Positions 9,400 to 16,665 of a stretch of DNA of 37,940 bases are shown here, piece by piece. The notes below the pieces were generated by a model. It saw only the letters and a list, made by a program, of their open reading frames with translations, was not told where the DNA came from and searched no databases. The DNA comes from an uncultured Polynucleobacter sp. (lineage in GTDB: Bacteria > Bdellovibrionota_B > Oligoflexia > Oligoflexales > RGVZ01). Position numbers and translations under genes: made by a program. Each line of letters begins with the position of its first letter. Position 1 is the stretch's first letter. The stretch is from assembly GCA_964624705.1 (NCBI GenBank), contig CAZUYQ010000035.1, positions 1,599-39,538 on the forward strand, given 5' to 3'.

Positions 9400-10684
9400 T
9401 ACCATTCAATACATCCTTACTTGTGTTATTGCCTTGCCGCTCTGCACAGCACTCCTACTTGCGTGGTCAGGATCTTGGCGTAAACCTTTTGGCGAAGCCA
9501 CAATCGCGGGCGTGACGGCAAGTGTGTTGTGGACTAGCTTCGCAGTCGCTATTGGTCTGACTTTTTTAAAGCCAACGACATTTGATGGAATATTTCGCTA
9601 TGACGCCATTGCTGCTGTTTTTACCATCCTTACGGCATTTGTTACGGCTCTCACAGCATCCTTTGCAAGACGCTATCTTCACGGTGATTCAGGATTTCTT
9701 CGCTTTTATTGTTTTTTGCTAGCTTTAGCTGGTGGCAGTTACACTGCTTTCTCTGTGACTGAAAATTTACCTCTCATCGCGGGCTGGGAATGTGTTGGTC
9801 TGAGTTCATTTTTATTGATTGCCTATTTTTACAAACGTGCACGCCCACGAGATCACGCCATTTTGGTATTCGCTTGTTACCGCATCGGTGACGCGGCGCT
9901 TATGATTGCCTGTGCTTTAGCTGCTATCGTGAGCACTGAAAGCAGTATCCCTGCAAGTACGCTTGTTATTTGCTGTATTATTGCTGCCGCTGCATGCAAA
10001 TCAGCGCAACTACCCTTTTCCTTCTGGCTTCCTCGTGCAATGGAAGGACCGACACCATCAAGTGCCGTGTTCTACGGAGGGGTTTCCATTCATCTCGGAT
10101 GCTTTCTGTTATTAAGGACGGAGCCTTTGTGGGCAGGTCACTGGTGGGCTCATACAGCTATTGTTGCTATCGGATTGACTTCGCTCCTCTACGCTTGGAT
10201 CTCAGGTCGGACCAGTAGCGATGTGAAAACGAAATTAGCTTATGCAACCATCAGTCATATCGGTATGGTATTTGTCGAGATTGGCCTTGGTTGGAACATT
10301 TTAGCACTTATCCATGTTGCAACTCATGCCCTTGTTCGCACACCGCAGCTCCTACTCGCTTCGTCTGCTCTAGCAGACTATCTACAAGAAAGGCGCACAA
10401 AGGGCTCTGCAATAAAAGAGTTAGGATGGGAGAATAAATTACCTTCGAGAGTAAGTTGGAAGCTTTATCGATTTGGCCTAACTCGCGGTAACCTCGAATC
10501 CTGGATACGATTGATTATCGTTCAGCCTTTTGAATCCTGCGTTAAATTCTGCAATAGCATTGAAAACTTCATGGAACGTTCTTTAGCTGCGGAAGATCGA
10601 GATGCGACAACTCAGGAAACAGGGCAACATGACAGTCGCCACGAGCAGTTCTTTGCTGAAAATGCAAAAGGAGGATCTTTATGA
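9389..10684 (+). CDS. dabB: NuoL/MrpA-like proton-conducting membrane subunit (DabB-type partner of DabA)
   Basis: Polytopic membrane protein with the antiporter-core motif CKSAQLPFSFWLPRAMEGPTPSSAVFYGG. The distal segment YRFGLTRGNLESWIRLIIVQPF resembles the NuoL GFD.LY...F..PF region. It ends in a hydrophilic tail. Confidence 0.8.
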   Translation: MHPDTIQYILTCVIALPLCTALLLAWSGSWRKPFGEATIAGVTASVLWTSFAVAIGLTFLKPTTFDGIFRYDAIAAVFTILTAFVTALTASFARRYLHGDSGFLRFYCFLLALAGGSYTAFSVTENLPLIAGWECVGLSSFLLIAYFYKRARPRDHAILVFACYRIGDAALMIACALAAIVSTESSIPASTLVICCIIAAAACKSAQLPFSFWLPRAMEGPTPSSAVFYGGVSIHLGCFLLLRTEPLWAGHWWAHTAIVAIGLTSLLYAWISGRTSSDVKTKLAYATISHIGMVFVEIGLGWNILALIHVATHALVRTPQLLLASSALADYLQERRTKGSAIKELGWENKLPSRVSWKLYRFGLTRGNLESWIRLIIVQPFESCVKFCNSIENFMERSLAAEDRDATTQETGQHDSRHEQFFAENAKGGSL

Positions 10685-10851
10685 ATGTTCCATTGATTCT
10701 TAGTACTATTATGGTTGTTATCGCCACCGCGATGGCAGCAAAAATTGGTGTATCTCGTAGCGAGGGTTTGAGCATGTTTGCCATCGCCGGGCTCACATTC
10801 GCTACGACGATCTATACATCTCGCCTTCACCGCAAGCATGGTTTCAGATAA
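10681..10851 (+). CDS. Small two-TM membrane protein (56 aa), not in the supplied ORF track
   Basis: The ATG overlaps the dabB stop (ATGA at 10681-10684). Strong RBS AAAGGAGGA at 10667-10675. Translation: MNVPLILSTIMVVIATAMAAKIGVSRSEGLSMFAIAGLTFATTIYTSRLHRKHGFR. Confidence 0.5.
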   Translation: MNVPLILSTIMVVIATAMAAKIGVSRSEGLSMFAIAGLTFATTIYTSRLHRKHGFR

Positions 10852-10895
10852 ACCCATTCATCACGCTAGCTTTCTGGTTCGCAACCAGTCTTCCT

Positions 10896-11786
10896 ATGTT
10901 TATCAAGCAAGATCCTAGAGATTCTCAAGCCGCAACTCATAGCAAGAGAGTTTTTATACTGATCGAGGCTGCTTCTATCATTGCATTTGCTATTGGATGT
11001 TTACGCGGAGAAAGTAGTGTCGCGGGGCGCTTTGCTTTTGTAACGGCTGCATTTCTCCGCTTCGGGATTTTTCCATTTCACTTGGGAAGTGTCGGTTTTA
11101 TTCAAAATGCATCGTTAAGTGTGAAGATAACGCATCTTATAAATATATTGACTGCTATTACCGTTAGTTCTTCTTACCTAGTATCATTGCTAACGGACAC
11201 AGGATTGACCTCTAGTGCTATTAATTTCTTCCTGGTTTCTGCAGGATTTTTCGCTTTTGTATGCTGTGCACAAACACAATTTCGTCGCATGCTCATATTC
11301 GGCGTTTTCTCTTCTCTAAGTATTGCGATGGCATCCTTAGCCGCTTCCTCGAGTGAACATGTCATGCATGCAGCTTGGGCTATGGCGATCAATACAATTA
11401 TTGCGGCGGGTGCAGCATTTCTCTGCGAAGATGCCATTCAACGCCGCATCGGCACTCCCAATGCCTCGCAAATGCAAGGTTTAGCAACGTCTATGCCAGT
11501 ACTAGGTGGATTCGCTCTGGCTTCATTGCTGGAATTTGTTAACGCACCATTAAGTTGGGGATTTCACGCCGAGGAAGTCGCTATCGGAGCTTTATTTGAA
11601 AGATCGTCGTATGTCGGTTCTATTTCTGTATTTATATGGGCTATCCTTACTTTTGCGTTGATTAGGAATTTTGCAAAACTGTTTTGGGGACCTGCAAATC
11701 CAAAACCCTCAATGCAGATAGACCTCAATTGGAGTGAGCGCTGGGCGCTATTGACACTGGTTGTGTTAATAGTACTGCCGCTATGA
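10896..11786 (+). CDS. Second, degenerate antiporter-like (NuoN/NuoM-like) polytopic membrane protein
   Basis: About 8 TM segments. LRFGIFPFHLGSVGFIQNAS resembles the FPFH.W.P motif of Proton_antipo_M subunits. No obvious RBS. A hydrophobic reading continues upstream of the ATG in the same frame. Confidence 0.55.
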   Translation: MFIKQDPRDSQAATHSKRVFILIEAASIIAFAIGCLRGESSVAGRFAFVTAAFLRFGIFPFHLGSVGFIQNASLSVKITHLINILTAITVSSSYLVSLLTDTGLTSSAINFFLVSAGFFAFVCCAQTQFRRMLIFGVFSSLSIAMASLAASSSEHVMHAAWAMAINTIIAAGAAFLCEDAIQRRIGTPNASQMQGLATSMPVLGGFALASLLEFVNAPLSWGFHAEEVAIGALFERSSYVGSISVFIWAILTFALIRNFAKLFWGPANPKPSMQIDLNWSERWALLTLVVLIVLPL

Positions 11787-12091
11787 GTAATCGGATCGAA
11801 ATGCAATTAATCATGTCAAGTACAGAGTGCAGCTGAATTTGTTTGTCACGTTATTCAAACGAAGCTGCGCTTTTAACAAAAAGGTACAAGTTCGACCTGA
11901 GCCTAGTTCACTAAATCTAAACTATACGGCCATAAAGCTCACTCACTGCAAGCTCGCTAAACCACCGAATTAGCAGAGTTTAGTGTAAATTTATACTCAT
12001 CGTCCTATTAAACTCCGATAAACACGAATTCCGATATTCAACGTTTTGAAAAATATCTTCCTCACTAGCGCAGACATTCTCCCGATACGCA

Positions 12092-12116
12092 TTTTGTAAG
12101 AAATTCATTTACAAAA
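12092..12116. promoter_or_regulatory. Inverted repeat TTTTGTAA-N9-TTACAAAA upstream of the S1 protease gene
   Basis: Perfect 8-bp arms at 12092-12099 and 12109-12116, 19 nt upstream of ATG 12135. Candidate operator. Confidence 0.3.
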
Positions 12117-12134
12117 TCGAAATGGAGATGCGTT

Positions 12135-12872
12135 ATGCGACTTTTAAAATCAATGTTTTCGTTTAATTTGGCTTTGGGTTTATCAATGAGTGGCTATTCA
12201 TTAGCAGCCGATTTTGATGCTAAATTGATTGGTGGAACAATTGCAGATCTAGCAGACTGGCCTGCAAGTCCATGGATCGGCAATTGCTCTGCGACACTTA
12301 TTGGCGAGAGGGTCTTATTAACCGCAGCTCACTGCGTTTCTAATGGTGGTACAGCATCATTTTCTGCCGCTGGTACAAAATATAGCGGTAAATGCACACA
12401 TCATAGCAATTACCGTTCAAATCAAACAGCCGACTGGGCATTATGCGCACTAAATGCAGCGGTCCCGAATATTGAATTTGAAGTTGTCGCAGACGAAGAA
12501 GACGTGCACTGCAGCGCTGGTCAAGAATTTCTTTGGACTGGATTTGGCTGCCAAAGATGGAATGGCGGCATTGACGGGAAATTTCGCGTGGGAACTGTGA
12601 AATCTGTTAGCTGTCCACGTGGAACTAACCACGATGTCATAACTACTGGTAAGGTAGCACTATGCTCTGGCGATTCCGGGGGAGGCGGATACATCCAAAT
12701 TGGTAACACAAGACGTCTGGTTGGTGTTAACAGCCGTTCAAACACCACCGATACTTCTTACGTAGCGAACGTTTTCTCGAGCACCTTCAGAACTTGGGCC
12801 GAATCCTGGGCAAATTCAAAATCTGTTGAAATTTGCGGAATTCATGCAAGCGCGAAAAACTGTTCACTGTAA
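12135..12872 (+). CDS. Secreted trypsin-like serine protease (S1 family)
   Basis: Signal peptide, then LIGG. Catalytic motifs LTAAHC (His), ADWALC (Asp) and CSGDSGGG (Ser). Confidence 0.85.
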   Translation: MRLLKSMFSFNLALGLSMSGYSLAADFDAKLIGGTIADLADWPASPWIGNCSATLIGERVLLTAAHCVSNGGTASFSAAGTKYSGKCTHHSNYRSNQTADWALCALNAAVPNIEFEVVADEEDVHCSAGQEFLWTGFGCQRWNGGIDGKFRVGTVKSVSCPRGTNHDVITTGKVALCSGDSGGGGYIQIGNTRRLVGVNSRSNTTDTSYVANVFSSTFRTWAESWANSKSVEICGIHASAKNCSL

Positions 12873-12879
12873 TAAGTAG

Positions 12880-12907
12880 GGGCTAGCGTATTTCTATGCG
12901 CTAGCCC
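12880..12907. terminator. Hairpin between convergent genes
   Basis: GGGCTAGCG (12880-12888) pairs with CGCTAGCCC (12899-12907), a 9-bp GC-rich stem. No clear U-tract. Confidence 0.45.
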
Positions 12908-12978
12908 ACTATAGCTCCAATCATGAGGCTTAACTTCAAAAGATGCTTGAGCGGCTGCAAAGGGACAAACTGAAATAA

Positions 12979-13734
12979 TTATTCCCTATAAATCATTTTG
13001 CGAGACATCCCGCCATCGACCGTAAACGACTGACCCGTTATGAAACCAGCTGCCTCGGAAGCAAGATAAACGACAAGCGAAGCAATATCCTCCGGATAGC
13101 CGACACGTCCCACCGGGTGCTGAGTATGCGCCGATTTAGATAAGGGTTCTTGATCGCGGTTATCGCGTGTATCTATCCATCCCGGTCGAATGGCATTCAC
13201 TCTAACTTCTGGCCCGTAAGTGATTGAGAGCGCATGAGTAAGAGCCTCGATCCCCCCTTTTGCCGTGGAGTATGTCTCCGTATTTGATTCTGACATGAGG
13301 GCCCGAGTGGACGAAATATTTATAAGACTACCCTGCCTGAGCTTGAGTAGCGGTAACGCATGCTTCGCACCGAGGAAATAGCTCGTGAGATTCACTCCAA
13401 GCCGTCTATTCCATTCTTCCAGACTCATATCGGTAATTAGCGGTTGGTCGAGATTCGCAATTGCCGCATTATTAACGAGCAGGTCGACGCCACCAAATGA
13501 TCTGCGGCAAAGATCAACTAACCCAATCATATCGGCTTCTATTGAGACATCCATAACGAGGACACGGACATCACCTAGTTGTGATAAATTTTTTATCGCA
13601 TTTTCGCAGCCTTTTCCATCTTTGTCGCCAATGACAACACCATATCCGCAGTGTAGCAACGCTTCAGCAATCGCGTATCCAATTCCTCGAGCACCTCCAG
13701 TAACGATTGCTGATTTCTTTCCCATTTTTTCCAT
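12979..13734 (-). CDS. Short-chain dehydrogenase/reductase (SDR) family oxidoreductase
   Basis: TGGARGIGYAIA (cofactor loop), NNAAI, and catalytic YSTAKGG (YxxxK). I prefer ATG 13734 (MEKMGKKSAIVTGG, GGGGA RBS upstream) over the track start at 13788. Confidence 0.85.
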   Translation of the reverse strand: MEKMGKKSAIVTGGARGIGYAIAEALLHCGYGVVIGDKDGKGCENAIKNLSQLGDVRVLVMDVSIEADMIGLVDLCRRSFGGVDLLVNNAAIANLDQPLITDMSLEEWNRRLGVNLTSYFLGAKHALPLLKLRQGSLINISSTRALMSESNTETYSTAKGGIEALTHALSITYGPEVRVNAIRPGWIDTRDNRDQEPLSKSAHTQHPVGRVGYPEDIASLVVYLASEAAGFITGQSFTVDGGMSRKMIYRE

Positions 13735-13844
13735 ATGAGATCCCCATTTGTTTGAAGTCGAAGTTATTATTAGCGAAAGCTCATTCAATGTCTATTGCGC
13801 CTTTAGCGAGCCGCAAGATACAATCTTTTCATCCGAGGCCGAAC

Positions 13845-13869
13845 ACTATTCAAACGATCTAAGAATAGT
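13845..13869. promoter_or_regulatory. Candidate LysR-type (T-N11-A style) binding dyad in a divergent promoter region
   Basis: ACTATTC (13845-13851), an 11-nt spacer, then GAATAGT (13863-13869): a perfect 7-bp interrupted dyad between the SDR gene and the LysR gene. Confidence 0.45.
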
Positions 13870-13901
13870 TTTTGTAAGGCTATTTTTTAAGAGAAAATAA
13901 A

Positions 13902-14753
13902 ATGAACTTATACAATCTCAAATACTTTGTAGATGCAGCTAAATTAGGAAGCATGTCCGCTGCAGCAGATTTAAATCGCCTAAGTCGCCCGGCCATTAGT
14001 CACGCTATTCGAAAATTAGAGTCAGATCTCGACGTGGCACTCATCAAACATAAACGGCGGTCTTTTGAACTGACAGCGGCAGGTCAGTCGTTGTTAGCGA
14101 CGTCACAAGGATTACTTGACCACTTAGATACCATGAAGGACGAGCTAAAACAGGCTCATTCTAATCCAAGTGGAACCTACCGTATCGGCTGCGCTCGAAC
14201 TCTTGCAACCTTTATGCTTCCACAGGCACTGGCAAAACTGCGCGAGCAGTTTCCAAAGGTACAATTTAAGATCATCATCGAAAACTCCGAAAACTTGGTG
14301 ACATTGCTTGAAAGTAAGAAAATAGATTTGGCATTATTTGTTGGGGACGATAGTCTTCATGGATATGTAGAGAAAATTATTGATCGCGGGCATTTCATGC
14401 TTATTAAGCCGCGATCGAAACTCTATCCATCCCTAGGTTATGCCATGACAGAACGTCGTCCCGAAACAGAGCGTGTCAAAGCACTTTTCAAGCGGAAATT
14501 TTCTGAAGAAATCCTTGTTTTTGCGGAGATCCCAAGTTGGGACGCTATTTGGCACTGGACAGTACAAGGAATTTCTGGGGGATTAGTTCCAAGTTTCCTA
14601 TTACTACAGAGCAAAAATAAAGATCGCGTTGAAGTCGTCATCCCGAAGGTATTTCCCTACGAAGTAAAAGCACTCTATTCAAAAACGCGAGCTCACGATG
14701 TCGTCATCGAAGGTTTAATACATTGTTTGCGACCATTATTAGAAAAGAAGTAA
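13902..14753 (+). CDS. LysR-family transcriptional regulator
   Basis: N-terminal wHTH LKYFVDAAKLGSMSAAADLNRLSRPAISHAIRKLE followed by a roughly 200-aa substrate-binding-like domain. Divergent from the SDR gene. Confidence 0.85.
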   Translation: MNLYNLKYFVDAAKLGSMSAAADLNRLSRPAISHAIRKLESDLDVALIKHKRRSFELTAAGQSLLATSQGLLDHLDTMKDELKQAHSNPSGTYRIGCARTLATFMLPQALAKLREQFPKVQFKIIIENSENLVTLLESKKIDLALFVGDDSLHGYVEKIIDRGHFMLIKPRSKLYPSLGYAMTERRPETERVKALFKRKFSEEILVFAEIPSWDAIWHWTVQGISGGLVPSFLLLQSKNKDRVEVVIPKVFPYEVKALYSKTRAHDVVIEGLIHCLRPLLEKK

Positions 14754-14760
14754 GATCGTA

Positions 14761-15462
14761 CTAAATCGTTTTCGCATAGATTAGTGTCTCAATTTTTTGA
14801 TAGCACTCACCAAAATTTGACACATCAATCCAATGAATATTGGGATACTCTGAAAAAAGAGCCAATTGTCGATCTTTATAGATCAAAGCTCGCTTCAAAA
14901 TTTCTGATTTCGCCTCATGGAGACTCAATTCTCCATCTATGAACCTGACAGTTGGCACAGCTGCATGGCACTCTTTTATTAAATAACTATTCCGATACTC
15001 CGATAATTTCGCTGCCAGTTCCTCGACTAGACCATCATTGAAAGCCTGATCAATACGCTTTCGATATCTACCAGCAGTGTCAAATTCGGCGGGAAATCTT
15101 AAACCAATCACGTGTTTGAAAAGATTCTTCTTAGCATTTAGGGCTAGCAGGGCTGGGACGTAAACAGTGGATCCACCCTCAACAATTGGAATCCTCCCAG
15201 AAGCCAAAACTTCTGAACCGACCCTATCAACCATCTTTATGAATACATCTGCAGAGAAAGATGGTTCATCGGGTTCAAGCATTTCGTATAGATAGCTTGG
15301 CACATTCTGTTCCATTAAAGTATCTTGTAGTCCTGTCGCAATTGGAAAATGCTTATAAAGATAGGCCCGATCTACATTAATAACGGCTCCGTTGCTCCTT
15401 CGAGCCAATTCGTAGGCAATTTTTGTTTTGCCAGTTCCGCTTGGACCAATGATCATGATCAT
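14761..15462 (-). CDS. IPT/Tzs-family (adenylate isopentenyltransferase-like) P-loop protein
   Basis: 233 aa. P-loop IIGPSGTGKTKIA. VINVDRAYLYKHFPIATG and IPIVEGGSTVY match, from memory, the Tzs/IPT pattern GPT.SGKT...V.LDR.Q..P.IATG.....ILEGGS. The ATG overlaps the stop of the upstream ThiC-like gene (ATGA). Confidence 0.65.
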   Translation of the reverse strand: MIMIIGPSGTGKTKIAYELARRSNGAVINVDRAYLYKHFPIATGLQDTLMEQNVPSYLYEMLEPDEPSFSADVFIKMVDRVGSEVLASGRIPIVEGGSTVYVPALLALNAKKNLFKHVIGLRFPAEFDTAGRYRKRIDQAFNDGLVEELAAKLSEYRNSYLIKECHAAVPTVRFIDGELSLHEAKSEILKRALIYKDRQLALFSEYPNIHWIDVSNFGECYQKIETLIYAKTI

Positions 15463-16520
15463 TGTAAAGTCGCCTTTGCCCGTTGGCCAAGGACGTTTTC
15501 TAGCTTCATCATCGGATATTTAATATTGCGTAGCGGGCAATGAAATCCGCACATACTACAAATTTGAGGATCGCCTTCCAACGGGCCAAAAAGATTTACT
15601 CCAGTGGTACATTGATTTGATTGATTCTGGAATCGATCTTCATGATGAATAGTTTCAAGATCTCCGTTCGCAAGATTCATATTGTGCTTAAAGACTAGTA
15701 CGGTATCGACACCACTTTTAAGCGCGTCAAGAGTTGGAAGACGAATATGTTCATCACGCGTAAGCAGAAGATGGGTATGAATTTTCTTTTGTGAATTCAG
15801 GACGCTCGCTCCAATGATAGATGACAGATCGTCAAACGCATTTGTAGCGTCTGTCATGAGCGGTCCCATAACACATATTTGATTGTCTTTAATGGTCTCC
15901 ACGAAAGTTGAGAGAAGCGATGCATCGAGATGACCGCCGCACTCCAAGATATACTCATCTTTTCGAACATCTTGCTCATTCATAAATGCATTAATAAAAT
16001 CCAACTCTTCACGCCACAGGTTGCTGCGCTTTGATTCGACAACACGGCCAGGGCGTAACGAAGTACCGACAAACAATTCACAATTATTTTCACGAATAAA
16101 AGCCATCATTTCTTGAAAATCCTCGAAATGAGGGTTCTCCAGCTCATTCTTGGCGAGTCCAAATAAAAAATTTCCTGCCCTTGAATTAATGACGAACTGT
16201 TGCTCAATTGCCGCTCGTATTAAATGTTTGGGAGTCAGATGAAGGGTGAAGCATTTCACACCAAATGAATACTGATGTTTGATGACCTCGAGAATCGGCT
16301 TCCTGGTTAATACAGCATCATAAAGGGGAACGGTGCAAAAGCGCGTTGACTTGTGATCGAGCGACTTTATAAATTCAAGAATTTCCTTTTTCTTTTCAGG
16401 GATAAGCGATATTTCCGAAATGTAATCGACCTGCCTGGACAATGCATATCTTATCTTATCCTTCTCAGTTTCAACCTTGTCCATCCTGTTAGAACATCCA
16501 ACGTTCACCTTAACCTTCAT
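15459..16520 (-). CDS. ThiC-family (HMP-P synthase / BzaF-like radical-SAM superfamily) protein, N-terminally minimal
   Basis: From Met59 of the track ORF. MKVKVNVGCSN vs ThiC VKVNANIGNS. CTVPLYDAV vs GTVPIYQAL. CFTLH vs YFTIH. SLRPG vs GLRPG. ECGGH vs EGPGH. GPLMTD vs GPLTTD. TRDEHIRLP vs TPKEHLGLP. C-terminal CSMCGFHC (15537-15560) vs CSMCGPKFC. ATG 16520 is preceded by a GGGGG RBS. Confidence 0.75.
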   Translation of the reverse strand: MKVKVNVGCSNRMDKVETEKDKIRYALSRQVDYISEISLIPEKKKEILEFIKSLDHKSTRFCTVPLYDAVLTRKPILEVIKHQYSFGVKCFTLHLTPKHLIRAAIEQQFVINSRAGNFLFGLAKNELENPHFEDFQEMMAFIRENNCELFVGTSLRPGRVVESKRSNLWREELDFINAFMNEQDVRKDEYILECGGHLDASLLSTFVETIKDNQICVMGPLMTDATNAFDDLSSIIGASVLNSQKKIHTHLLLTRDEHIRLPTLDALKSGVDTVLVFKHNMNLANGDLETIHHEDRFQNQSNQCTTGVNLFGPLEGDPQICSMCGFHCPLRNIKYPMMKLENVLGQRAKATLQ

Positions 16521-16532
16521 TAAGCCCCCATG

Positions 16533-16551
16533 TAGCGCAGATCTAGCGCAG
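16533..16551 (-). promoter_or_regulatory. Tandem direct repeat in the leader of the ThiC-like gene
   Basis: Plus-strand TAGCGCAG (16533-16540), atc, TAGCGCAG (16544-16551). On the coding strand this is CTGCGCTA-N3-CTGCGCTA, with 11-bp periodicity, ending 12 nt upstream of the ATG. Confidence 0.35.
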
Positions 16552-16665
16552 GTTTTGGGGAAACTAGCAGCATTACATAGTAGATAAAAGTACATTAAAT
16601 TAATATTTAAAGTTAAAATATTTAACCTAAAAACTGCGGGTATTACGCTCGAGTTTATAACGAAA

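Noticed and set aside
13385-13738. Antisense or alternative-frame ORFs inside well-supported genes. Examples: 921..1106, 13385..13738, 8326..8626, 11174..11437, 12521..12748, 22453..22821, 24590..24922, 26924..27429, 35802..36395, 36738..37862.
   Set aside because: Each lies wholly within a CDS with strong family motifs. None has an RBS, a signal peptide or a recognisable motif. They look like shadow ORFs.
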